A DNA stretch of 64,000 bases, taken from contig CAJINV010000010.1 in assembly GCA_905178155.1 (NCBI GenBank), positions 361,866 through 425,865 on the forward strand. The letters are read 5' to 3'. Below the pieces are notes generated by a model that made no database searches, was not told the DNA's origin, and saw only the letters and a program-made list of their open reading frames with translations. Made by a program: the position numbers and the translations under genes. Shown in pieces: positions 21,859 to 33,699 of the stretch. Numbering within the stretch: position 1 is the stretch's first letter; each line of letters begins with the position of its first letter. Source of the DNA: Amoebophrya sp. A120. Lineage: Eukaryota > Protista > Dinoflagellata.

Positions 21859-24800
21859 CTAAGCATCCCCCCTCTGCACCGTTTCCAAAACAAACTCTCC
21901 CGTCTTTGGATCTACCGCAACGCCCTGCGGCAACCCCGTGTAGCCACACTCGCTTGTCTCAGTTGAAAACCGCGGCTGCCACAGTCCGTCCTTCGCCATG
22001 TCCTCCCGTTTGAATCTTTCCCGCCCGTCGCAGCTGTAGTGCGTACTGGCTCTGCGGGCGAATGCGACGAACCTATCTTCTGCACTCATCCCAACCGTCG
22101 CGTTGTGGCACGCGTCGCGACAGGCACACACGATCAGCGGGTCGAAGTACCCCACTTTGTCGTGGATTCCGTGAGTCCGATCCCGTTTGTGGAGCAGTAG
22201 GTAGTTTAGCCCGTGCTGATCGTAATAGGTGTCGCTGACCTGCGCAAACCAGTCCGCGAGAACTTCGTACTCGTCGCGCTTGGCGAAGAGAAATCCCGCG
22301 TTGCTGTACCGGTTCCGCATCCAGTCATCGTATTCCGATCCCGAAGTTTTCCCTTGCGTTCGGTCCTGCTCCGCGAACGCCTTCTCGATGTGGTTAGAGA
22401 GGTAGCGGCTGATGTGGAAAGGTTGTGGTTGGAGGTGGGATACGGCTGGGGAAAGAACTTCACCTGAAGAGGCAGAAACAGCATTCTCAGATGACTCGGG
22501 AATCTTGCTCCGCTTTTCCTGATGTTCCTCGTCTTCTACTTTATTTTGGACATGAATTACTCTATTCCCGACCATGGTCAGCTGCGTTTCCGTGTGGGGT
22601 CCCCAGGGAAACCGGGTGTGCACAATGTCGACATCCGAGACCAAAACGGAAAACCGCAACGCAAACACCGCGACGTAGGTAAGCGCCGGGCGAATCCAGT
22701 TTACTCGGTTGAAAAACCGGGATCCTAAGCTGGTTTTCGCGTGGCCAGATTCTTTCGTGGACCAGGGCGGGACGCAGTGTAGTTCGATTTTCCTGTTTTC
22801 CTGGCCGACGTTGGGAGGCGGGAGAAGAAGTTTCTGGTGTTGATGAACAGTGGGTTTTTCATTCGCCTTATTCGTTTTACTGCCACCACCTTCTACCGAG
22901 GATTTCGATCGAGATGCTCTACGCTCTCCCTGTTCTTGCTCCTCCTCTCTATGATGACTACAAGAAGACGGGTCGCCCTGATGGGCGACCCTTTCTTGAG
23001 CTTGATCCTTTTGCAAGCAGATAGCGAGTATACGGCAAAATGCTCACTAAGACTGTTGGGCTAGGCCCCCTGCGAGGAAGGGAACGAAAAGGCTGGGATA
23101 GGAGTAGCGTTGGCTCTTCAAAAAACATGGCGCATCACACAGCAGAGCACCCATAAGAACAGAAGGCAGCGCGGAGCCAACCGAAGAAGACGGGGCACCA
23201 TCTTGCGCAGGCCTTATTTTCTTGACTTCGGGGTCAGGTCTTGAGTTGTGCAATCCCGGGCAGCCGGGCCGAGCATTTGTTTCCAGAAGCTACCGGCTGA
23301 GGCGTCCGCGCGGGGCAATGTTCGCGCGCGCGACTCTTTGGCCCGTCCGGGGGAGCTTGCTTTGCTGTTGTGCGCGGCAACGGAAAAGGGGCCGCCGGAA
23401 AGGGCTTTGGGGGCCCCCCCCGCAGGGGGGGGCCTCGGGGGGGCCTCAGGGGGGGCCTCAGGGGGGCCTCAGGGGGGCCTCAGGGGGGGCCTCCGGGGGG
23501 GCTTCCGGGGTGCCTACAGTGCGCCTCTTTGGGGAGCGCCATATTCTTTGCTGCTACGACCGGCAGCCGGGGGGGCCTTCTGCGCTGCAGGCGCAGTCAG
23601 TCAGATCAGGCGTGGGGAGGTCGGGCGGGCATCGGGCAACCAGGGTGGCACGCGACCCGCAGCGAAGGTTGCCCGCTTGTTTTTGCATAATGCACTCCGT
23701 CTGTCGTGCAAAAACAAACACCCCGGGGGCCAGGACGCGTTTTGTGGGCCTTGCTTTCTTGACTTCGGGGTCAGGTCTTGAGTTGTGCAAGCCCGGGCTG
23801 CCGGGCCGGGCACTTCCAGAAGCTACCCGCCGAGGCGCTCGCGCGGGGCAATGTTCGCTCGCGCGACTCTTTGAGGCTTCGGCTTGTTTCGCTGTTGTGC
23901 GCGGCAGCGGAAAAGGGGCCGCCGGGGAGGGCGTCGGGGGGGCCTTAGGGGGGGCCTTCGGGGGCCTCTGGTGCGCTTTTTTGCTTGTCCCGCGCCACAT
24001 TCTTCTTTGCTACGACCGGCAGCCGGGGGGGCCGTCTCTCTGCGCGGCAGGCGTAGCCAACCTGTCAGATCAGGCACGGGGAGGTCGGGCGGACATCGAG
24101 CGGCCAGGGTGGCACAGACGCCCGCGATCCGCAGCGAAGGTTGCCCGCCTTTTTTTGCATAGTGGATTCCGTCTGTCGCGCAAAAACAAACAGGGGGGCG
24201 CTTTTCCTCTCGCCTTGCTTCCGACATGTCCCACCGGCCCTTTCTTTGGCCTCCGCACATGCCACGGAAGGGCGGCGGCGCGCGCGGGCCGCAAGCACAA
24301 AACGGCCGGCGGCACGGAGCTTGTGGGGGCCGCAGGCCGCCCATGTTGCCGAGAAGGCGAGCAGCTTCCGAAGCACGCTGCCCGGCGCAGAGCGCGGCCC
24401 CTTCCGGCAGTCTGCCTGCCCGGGGGGTCGGGCGCGCGGCCAACTTCTTTGCCGCGGCCAATCAAAACTGCCCCCGGAATTATGGGGCGCCGGTTTGTTT
24501 TGTTCCCTGGCTGGAGCCCAGCTGCAAAGGCCGTGGGTGTTGCTAGAGAGATAGAACACCCCCACAAAAGCTGCGCGCGCCCGCCGTTCATAATCGCGGC
24601 CGGCCGCGGTCTTCTGCAGGGTGGGGGGGCCCTGTCTTCTTTGTTTTTGCGCGCGGCATCTCCGTTCGCTCCGCCCGCGCGCGGTAACGCAAAAGGGGCA
24701 TCCCATCGGGTCAGCGGGGGTCCCGCGGGGGGGGGCTCCGGGGGGGCCCCAGGGCGGGCAGGCCGCCGGGAGAGTTTTTTTTGTCTTGCCCGGGCCAACT

Positions 24801-27800
24801 CCCGCTCTGCTACAACCGGCAAACAGCGGGGCCTTCCTACCCTTTGCGCCCGCCCCAGATCAACCCCGTTGGGGGTCAAGCAGGCGCCAATCACCGTGCA
24901 GCGCGCGCGGCCCAAGCCGCCGAGGCTGCCCGCCTTTTTTCGATAATTCTTGCGGCCGGCTGCGCAAAAGCACAATACAACTCCGGGGGCCAGGCGTCCC
25001 TTTCCGGGCGGGGAAGCCTAAGCTCCGCCTTGCTCGGGCCTGTCCCACAGACCCCGGGGGCCCCGGAAATCCAAGGGGCGGACCGATAGCGCGCGCCCCC
25101 CCACCGTTGGTTGGTGCTGGCCACTCTTGGCAATGAATGGGGCCCACTTCCGAAGGTAGTCTGTCGCTCGCGATGCGCGGCGGGCGCCTGCAAGCAACCG
25201 GCCCCGGAGGGGGGGCCGGCCAAATTGCTTTGCCTTACGTAGCTACGCCCTCCACACACTCACCATGGCCATCGACGGCTGTTCTCGGCATTTTGGGGCG
25301 CCTTATTTTCCGGGAAGCAAGCGGACAAAGCTGCGGCGGGGGGCCGGGAGCGGCTCCTAGAACCCCCGAGCGGGGGTGGCGCACACCTGCTAGAGGCCGC
25401 ACCGCCCAAAAAGCTGCGCGCCCCACCCCGAATCTTTGCCGCGGCCTTCTCCTTCTCCAGGAAGGCCCGCCGTTTGCTTCTTTGCTTTTCGGCGCGGCTG
25501 CTCCGTTCGCTCCGCTTGCGCGCAGCATGGCAAAAGGGGGAAGCGGGGGGCCCGGGGGGGCCTTTTTTGTTCTTGCGCCGGTACGTTTCTGCCCTGTTTT
25601 GTTCTTTTGGTGGCCCGCAACCGGGGCCGCCCGCCTTTTTTTCTACTAATTCCGGCTATTTACCACGCAAAAGGAAAAGCAGAGAAAACTCCCGGGGGCC
25701 GTTTGCCTTTTTCGGGGGGCGCGCGGGCGCCGCCGCCCGGCCGGCCTGCTTCCTTTGCTTCCGCCCCGCGCGCTTCCGGCATGCTCCACGGGCCCGGGGG
25801 CTCCGGGCGCCCCAAGGATGGGCGGATGGTGCGGGCGCGCGCAAACGCAAAAAGCGGCCCACAGGTTGAGGGTGCCTGTTTTGGATGGTTCCGCCCCCCC
25901 GCGGCCACCTGGTGCCCGCCCCATTGATTTCCGTGCCAGCCCGCCGTTTGGAAAGGTTTTGCCGCCTTCGTCTCCCGAGCGAGCCCCGGGGGGGCAGGCC
26001 GTCGCCCTTTGCATGCCGCGGCACGCGGCCGGCCGACTCTCCCCGCGCTCTGCTTTTTATCCTCCCAACAGCTTTATTGTGGGGCGCCCGCCGCTTTTTC
26101 AGAGGCGGGCCGCCCCCCCACTTTGTTTTTTTCCAGCCCCCCGGAGGCCCAAAGTGGAGGGTGCGAGCAAAGCCATGAAGGCCGCGGCCATGAAGGCAGA
26201 GGCCAAGAAGAGGCCGGAGGCGAAGAAAGAAAGCGGCGAAGCCCAAGGCAGGCGCCAAGGGAAAGAAGGGGAAGGGCAAGAAGTAGATCTGCTCGAGGCG
26301 AAACGGCCCCGCCCGCAATTAGGCACTACTCCAAAGCGGCCCCGCCCGCGGACTTGTTGCAAAACTTTCCTTCCAAAGCGGCCGGCCCCGCCCGCAATGG
26401 CAATGCTTTCCAAAGCGGCACCGCCCGCAATCGGAATCGAAAGACAGCGAAGATTTTTTTCTCCAAAGCGGCCCCGCCCGCAATGAGGGAGAATGAGAAG
26501 CGAAAGGCCGCGCAAAGGCAAAGCGCGCGGCGCCGCCTGGACTTGTTCGCTGCCTGCGTGGAGTGTTCCGCGATAATGCGCGCGGCTTTATGTTCTGGGT
26601 CAGGTGCGTGCGATCGCGAAAGAAAGAAGAAGCGGCCGAATCCCGCCGCTTTAATTGGACAAAAGGAGGGCCATTGGGGGGGCCTCAGGGGGGGCCTTAG
26701 GGGGGGCCGCAGGGATGGCCTCTCGAAGGCCTTTTTCGGCGATCGCGAAAAAAAAAAGGGGGGGCCTAAGGGGGGGCCTAACCCTACCCTTAGGGGTCGA
26801 GGGGGGGCCTGAGGGGGGGCCTGAGGGGGGCCTGAGGGGGGGCCTGAGGGGTCACAACAGCCCTAATGATCATTATTAGTGTTGTAATATCCGCGATCTT
26901 CAATCTCTTTCCGCACGGAGAGGCAGTACTGAAAGCTCTTCTCGTCCAGCGTGAACACGAATTGGATCAAGGGCTTCTCTATCAAATGTAAAAATGTCTG
27001 GGTCTGGAAGAATGCAATTTGTCATGCTAAATCTGAATCAGGCAAAAAGCTGTGTTGCATGATTGCCAAAGGTTGTGCACTTTTGACCTAGTCGAGAGGC
27101 ACTTTCTCATGCAGGATAGGCATTGGAAAGGCTTCGCAGAATCTGTCATGCTATGTCCTTCATACCAGACCTCACGGGTTATGGAAAACCTGCATGACAA
27201 ATTTGGCAATCTTCCAGACCCAGACATTTTTGCAATCCATATTTTCGAGCGGGTGGTACCCCACCAACGGGCCGAAAACGATCCAGCTGAGGTAGTTGTT
27301 CAGGAGACAGAGTATGAAATGCAAAAGCATCGTACTAGTAGAAATCGCATGACAAATTCCGTCAGCATAAAAAATGAAATTTGTAATGCGGCTTGAGGTT
27401 AAGAAGTGAGATTTGTCATGCATGACTGCGATTACTACGAGTACGATACTTTTGCACAGAGTACAGAGCTGCGCGCGGCTAATCACCACAAACCAGGTGG
27501 TCACGTGATTGTCTTCTTGCTGTGGAAATAAACCAAATGTGCTATGATCTCCTTGTAATTCGCCCTCTGCACTACCGTCGGGATGGCTCTTTTTTATCCC
27601 GGAGGTGCTGGTCGGCTGCTTGTTGTTACCGTCCAACAGTAGTTTTTCCCGACCACCTGGCCGTGGCTCTACCTCTTGAAGATCCGTTCTTCTACTATTT
27701 CCGAATGAAGATCGCGCAACACGCTGCGTGACTGCGTGCGCTTGCTCGAAGAAGCTTTCCAGATTTATGAAATCCTTCAGAAACTCCAGCGCTTTGAGAA

Positions 27801-28236
27801 GCAGGAAACCTTCGTAGGACCTCTGCAGATCGTCCGCATTGATGTTCTTGCTGTTTGGAAACAGTTTTCTCAGTCGTGCTGTATCGACCGGGGCGGCGGG
27901 GCTACTTTTTTCATCTGCATAATTGCCGTCCTTCTTTTGATCTTCGTCCTTTTTCTGCTTCTTTTTCTTAGTCTTCTTGGCAACTCGTGGCGTTTTTGTT
28001 TCGGCTTCACTTTTTCTAGAACCGGCGACATCTTGCTTGGTTGGTGTTGTTCTACTTTTCCTGTCCTGCGCCTGAGAAGAGGCGCTGTGCTGTTCTGCAG
28101 GTTTCGGTTTGTTTCTCGCTACAGGAGGGGCAACATCGACGTCAGCGTGCGCTGCGAAAAGAAACAAAAGCAAGCACGAAGCCACCCAGGACGAGGTGAA
28201 CAATGACGAAGACGGTTTGGCTTTGGTCGACATCAT
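21859..28236 (-). CDS. Nucleotide-diphospho-sugar transferase (GT77 / Nucleotid_trans-like), secretory pathway
   Basis: Hydrophobic N-terminus; LIQFVFTLDEKSFQYC; VLVSDVDIV (DxD motif), NAGFLF, DQHGLNYLL. Two introners plus an intron of about 3.9 kb whose junction is not resolved. Confidence 0.7.
23100..26860. repeat. GC-rich repeat island inside the glycosyltransferase intron
   Basis: Tandem duplication of about 540 bp (copies start cttgacttcggggtcagg at about 23221 and 23758); ggggggcctca minisatellites at 23430-23510 and 26676-26850; ccaaagcggccccgcccgcaat repeats at about 26300-26485. Confidence 0.8.
26137..26286 (+). pseudogene. Relic terminal exon of a Lys/Ala-rich basic protein (DVNP- or histone H1-tail-like)
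   Basis: Preceded by tttgttttttttccag; reads KVEGASKAMKAAAMKAEAKKRPEAK, a 1-nt frameshift, then KKAAKPKAGAKGKKGKGKK*. Confidence 0.5.
26980..27241. mobile_element. Family A introner
   Basis: DR ttctc/ttttc; removal gives HPLEKPLIQF; close relative of 36179-36440. Confidence 0.9.
27313..27463. mobile_element. Family B introner
   Basis: Ends tat...gta; DR cagag; removal gives AQLCLLNNY. Confidence 0.88.
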
Positions 28237-28740
28237 TCGTCTCTGATAGTACTGGTAGAAGCAGGCGTGTGTAACCGGTGCGACGTTTAGATTGCGGTTG
28301 AAAACAACTATAGCTAGTGCATATTACAAAAATCTTCACACGACTAAGAGAGTAGCTGCATCAGAATTAGAACTGCCATGGGATCAGGAGGTGGACAAGG
28401 AAGTCGGTCTTAATGGAATCAAATTGCATCGGGATACAATTCCAAACTGCACTTTTTCCTTGTAACAAGGTTGGAAAAGCTGCAGTGACGGTCGTCGAAG
28501 TAGACTTGCATTGGAACAAACTTTCTCACAGGAGATGCAAGGACTTCGACGAATGAGTGCCGAAAAGAGACGAGTATCCGTCTACATCAGATCAAATGAA
28601 AAATGAAGCTCAATGACGACGTTCCACCTACTGACAAACGCAAGAACAGACAGTTTCTATCACCCGCTGTCTGCCAATCACCCGATTTTCATCCACTTTG
28701 TGTAAAGTACTCTGTGGTCGCGGCCTCTTCGATTACTATT

Positions 28741-31700
28741 TCAACGCCACGCCGTCAGCCTTCTGGCCAATTCGTTCTTCTCTTTCACCAGCAACTTATT
28801 CTCGTCAATCTGCGACAACAACGCGTTGTGCGTCTGGTCCAGCTGCCGACTCAACCGCTCCAACTGCGTGGTCCGGATCCCGAGTTGTTCTTTCCAAATG
28901 CACTGGTTCTGATCCTCTCCTGGTTGACCGGATGACAACCCCGCGGCCCCCCCGCTGCCACTTTTCGCCTCCCGTAAGACCCGCATCTCGTGCTCGTGGA
29001 GCTGGGCACGGCAAGTGGTAACTTCGCGTTCTAATTCCTCGATGTAGAGGTAGTCGTCGAGCTTGTGTATGAAATGCAAAAATGTCTGCGCCTGGAAACT
29101 TGTGATGCTGGTGGAGAAGGACGAGGACGCCTCAATTGCCTGGCAAGCATGACAAGTTTTGGAGGTGCTACAGTCTTGGCTTTTCTGCATGACAAAGGGA
29201 GCTTCTGCATGACAGAAAAGTAGGGCTTTTGGGCAATGTGCATGACAGACTTGAGATTGATCTTTATCTCAGACAAGCATGACAAACTTCCCTTTGTCCA
29301 GACCCAGACACTTTTGCATTCGATATTGTGGCGCAAATCGCCATATGCCTGGTGGAACTTTCTTGTGGTGTTTGTCATGCTGTCCTGCTTGGTAAGGAGG
29401 TTCTCAGCAGAACTGGACGACTTATGCTCGGTCGTTGTTCCTGTTGCAGCTGCAGAAGCGGACTGAGCTAACTGATTCACAGCTGGTGGAGCTTGTTGTA
29501 GTGGTCCTCCTGCTGTGTCCTCGGACGACGGTTTATTGCTTGCGCCTTCTTTCTTCTCAGGCGAGGAGAAGCCAGATCCAACCGAACTATTCCGATTGTT
29601 CACCACCTGTTCTAGATCCACGTGCAATTTCTGCACGATCTTCTCCTGCGCTTGCACGGTTGCCTCCAGCCCGGTTATTTTCACTTGCTGACTAGCCATG
29701 CACATCTTTTGCTGCCGGTTCTCTTCTTGCAGTTGTGCTAATTTCTTCGTCATTTCTATCCTGAGTAAAAACGTACCCACACCATAGTTGTCATGCAACT
29801 CTGCATGCTTAAAATGTTTCTCATGCGGAGCCCCATGAGAAGCATTTTCTAGCGCGGTTTTGAAATTTGTCATGCTCCAATCAGCACGAGATACTAGATC
29901 TGTAATGCTGCTAAACTAGCTCAAACAGCACTACACAACGCGGACAAACTTGTCATGCCAAACAACCAAAGCTGGCTGATTTGTCTAGCAGATTCCCCAT
30001 CCTGACTCTGGTGTGGGTACGTTTGGACTCAGGATAATTTCGTCGTACCGAATCTGCACGCACTTCAACTCGTTCATGTCGATGATCTCGCAGTCTTCGT
30101 CCACGAAGAATTGGAATAGTCGTTGCATCCCAGCAGCCGTCGTGGGGAGGTTGGTGCTGGTCGTCGAGTCGGAGTAATTGTTTCCGTCCAGTTGGTGATC
30201 CGGGTTTTCATCTCGGTATGGGTCGTTGTTCTGGAGTAGGTTGTCCACTCGGTGATAAAGCTGTTGATTCTGATTTCTCGTCGCGGTGTATCACAAGAAA
30301 AAGTGTATAACGTTAACGATTTTCATAGATTGCAGTCATGCATCACAAATGTAGCCGAACATGCATGCTATACATTACAAATTTTGGCACGTTTTTTTGT
30401 GATGCATTGCTGCATCACAAATTCCGTTAACGTTAACACTTTCTCCTGCGATACGGTAGATGCAGTAGTGCTCGTGTCTCCACCTTCATCTTCTGTAGTT
30501 GTGGCTGCAGCACCACCTGCGTTTTGTGAAGAGGGGGCGACGGTGCTACCTGCGCCTGGGCTGTTGACCACCTGCGATGGAGAACTCACGCCGCTCTTGT
30601 AATTTCCAGCAGAAGAAGCTGCACTCGCAGGAGTAGCTCCAGGATCTGGCAATGGCACCACTGGCGACAACTGGTGCTGTTGCCGTAGTTCTCCTTGCGC
30701 GGCCACAACTTGCGGCGACACTCGAAGTTGTTCAGGTGTCCTTTCCATAGGCACACTAGCTGAAGAGCTTCCCGTGTTCGTTGGGAAAACCCCGTCGCCA
30801 ATGATCGCATCTCCCTCGGACAAGTCTTGGAAATTGTTTGCGTTTGTCAACATTCCAGGCCGTTGATTTGTCAGCAGGTCGGGCGAGTCGTAGGACCCCG
30901 CTATCTGCTGCAACAACGAGCCTCCACCGCCCTCCGACTTGTTCGCGTCAGATGTCAGGCCGCCATCTCCAGTGACCAAGCCAGCTGCTTCCTGCACTAA
31001 AGAGTGAAATTCGGATGTCGCGTCTGAGACGAAATTAGTGATCTCTATGCATTGCAAATATGTCTGGGTCTGGAATTTTGTAATGCTGGGTTGTGAATAG
31101 TGAATGCTCTGTAATGCACAGCGAAGCATGAGAAATATTTGCGCGGCTTAGTGTTGCCTTTCGCGCATGACAAACTGCGTTTTTGCATGACAAGCGAGCG
31201 GGTCTCTTCTTGAACACGCATCACAAACTCTTCAGTCATGCCAGACAAGCATGGCAAACCTTGCATCCTTCCAGACCCAGACATATTTGCATTTGATAAT
31301 CTCCGTAGGCAGCCAACTCGCCGATCGGTCGTTGTCGGAGTTGGAAGATTATCCTGTGCAAAAGTATCGTATTGTATTCGCACTGCAGTCATGCATTACA
31401 AATCTTTTCTTTGAGGTAAATCCGCATGACAAATTATATTTCTCATGCTGGGGAAATTTGTAATGCATTTATACGATTACGACTACGAGTACGATACTTT
31501 TGCAATGCATAAAGATGCCGAGGAGTTGCTACTTCTGGTAACATGCGGGATCACAGAAGTACTTTGCTGTTGATCTTGCTGACCAGTAGCACTAGTGGAC
31601 GAAGCCGCTCCATTGTACACTGCTGCAATCGCATTTTTCGTTTGTTTCGCCCGACTGGAAGAGGAAGATGTCGAGCCCCCGCTATGGTCCAGCATTCTTC

Positions 31701-33211
31701 TACTGCTCACACGCACACCCTCGGCCAAAACTGCAGCTTCTGGTGGTACGCCGACGCCGGGGATTCGATTATGAGCTGCAAAAGCATCGTACTAGTATAT
31801 AATTGCATTACAAATTAGCCCAGCATTACAAATTGAGTTTGTAATGCTGATTTGCCTTGAGAAATAAATTTGTAATGCATAAATGCAATTACTACGAGTA
31901 CGATACTTTTGCACTGGATATCGATTCTGACCTGACAGATCTTCAGAGGAATCTATTGAGGGTATGGAAAATGCGTGCTGCTGTCCTTGTTGTCCTCTTC
32001 CGGGGGAGAGAGCAAAACCATAGCCAGCCTGATTTTTCATACTAGGTGAAAACACCTCGGCGTTTGGAAGATTTCGGGTGGTCACCGTTCCGTCTGCTTT
32101 CAGGTAGTTGATGTTCATGGTTTCTCTTCTCAACTGGGGAGTTGACGGCGCTTGGCCCTCATAGAGCTCTTCGACGGAAAGGCGGCCGGTGGTGCTGGCA
32201 CTAGAAGATGCTCCACCTTGGTGTAGCGGGCTCAACGCGCCTGTAGTTGTACTGCTGTTGTTCCCAGCTGCTCCTGCTGCACCTCCGGCGCTTCTCCTTG
32301 CGTCTCCCGCAATTCGAACAAACGTCCGGCAGCTGTTCTCCTTCTCTTTCAGCTTCAGCATGAGAAACTCGATGCTCGCGTCCCGCTTGTCGCACTGCGT
32401 CGCCCAGTACTGTATCAAATGTAAAAATGTCTGGGTCTGGAAGAGTGCAAGTTTGTCATGCTTGTCTGGCATGATTCGAGAATCTGTGTTGCATAGGCAC
32501 GGAAAGACCCTCTTACCTGTCATGCAAAAACGCAGCTTGCCATGCGGAATACGTAAGACACGGCAGCCAAAAAATTTGTGATGCATAGCTGCGTATTGCA
32601 GTCCGGCTATCATCCACTTTTTGCATCACAAGTTTCCAGACCCAGACACTTTTGCAGTTGATATACTGCGTCTGCATCCGGCCCTGCTCCTCGACGAAAT
32701 AGAGCAGATCTTCTGCGTATCCTGTGCAAAAGTATCGCACCCGCAGCAATTGCAATCATGCATGACAAATGTCCCTTTTTAGGTGAATCAGCATTACAAG
32801 TTTCATTTTCTCTTTCGAGAAAATTTGTGATGCAATTTGTACGTAGTATGATAGCTTTGCAATGCATACTGCGTAGATCACCCGGGATCTCTCCCTGTGG
32901 ATCCGCCGCTCCATCTGGAAAAGCTTCTTCTGCTGCAATTCTGCATTTTGCTGGAGCTGCTCGGGGGTGAGGGATGTTGAATCCGGATTATTTGTCGCTG
33001 CTGTGGACGATGAGCTGCTGGCAGGAGCCTGTGATGCTGAATTCTCTGCACCACTGTTCATCGTTGCTGCACCAGCACCAGCAGCGTAATTATTGCCAGA
33101 AGCTGCGGTCGAGGTGCTAGTTGTGCTGTTCCGGGCGGGGCGGTCATGCGGGCCTGGTACTGGTGCTGTTGTGCTAGGGGCCTCGTCGTCGCCCTGGATC
33201 ACTTCGGACAT
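28741..33211 (-). CDS. Coiled-coil and low-complexity hypothetical protein, 9 exons separated only by introners
   Basis: Continuous frame MSEVIQGDD...VIYAEDLLYFVEEQGRMQTQYWATQCDKRD...YDEMTKKLAQLQEE...LRHKLDDYLYIEELER...LTAWR* after removing 8 introners. Confidence 0.8.
29068..29325. mobile_element. Family A introner
   Basis: DR ttgtg; removal gives LRHKLDD. Confidence 0.9.
29757..30036. mobile_element. Family F introner
   Basis: tatcctgagtaaaaacgtacccacacca...tggtgtgggtacgtttggactcaggata; DR atttc; removal gives YDEMTKK. Confidence 0.88.
30289..30453. mobile_element. Family H introner
   Basis: tatcacaagaaaaagtgtataacgttaacg...cgttaacgttaacactttctcctgcgata; DR cggtg/cggta; frame restored. 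Confidence 0.85.
31046..31298. mobile_element. Family A introner
   Basis: DR atctc; removal gives PTEITNF. Confidence 0.9.
31350..31511. mobile_element. Family B introner
   Basis: DR aagat; frame restored. Confidence 0.9.
31770..31920. mobile_element. Family B introner
   Basis: DR tcgat; removal gives GQNRIPGV. Confidence 0.9.
32413..32663. mobile_element. Family A introner
   Basis: DR tactg; removal gives QTQYWATQ. Confidence 0.9.
32718..32868. mobile_element. Family B introner
   Basis: DR ctgcg; removal gives IYAEDLL. Confidence 0.9.
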
Positions 33212-33699
33212 AAAGAGATGCATGGTGATGAGCGTGAAATGGTGTTGGCGCAATCCCCCTTAATCAAGACGACCGAAGGGACGATGAAGTCACACCCAAC
33301 CAGGGCCGACAACCGACCAAAGTTTTTACATGTTAGTTGTACTGCGAGCAGGTGCTAATGCAGGTGCTGAGCCACCCAGCGACTGTAGCTTGCTGACGCG
33401 GAGTCATGATTCCTTTCTCATGCTAACTGGCTGGGGCACATTCTTTATCATCTCCGATTCGAGATTGAGCACGAGAGCTCGGCGCGCAGAAGCTTTAGCT
33501 TAAACTAGAGCGGCGCGGCCATGCGTCTTTGTTATCCACGACGAGGAAGCGGCCCCCGCTCACAAACGTAAATCAATGAATAAAATGGAAATGCTTGGAA
33601 CTGGTAGCGCGATCAAATATACAACACTGCCGGTCGTGAGTCGTTCCAAACTGCATGCGTGAGCTCGGGTGACAGAACACAGCTCGAGATAGTCTGACA

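Noticed and set aside
23222-26812. Long G/A/R/P-rich ORFs in the GC islands (also 100-951, 33767-34754, 41373-42422, 50986-51912)
   Set aside because: They overlap in many frames on both strands, have no recognisable domain, and are expected from stop-codon scarcity at high GC.
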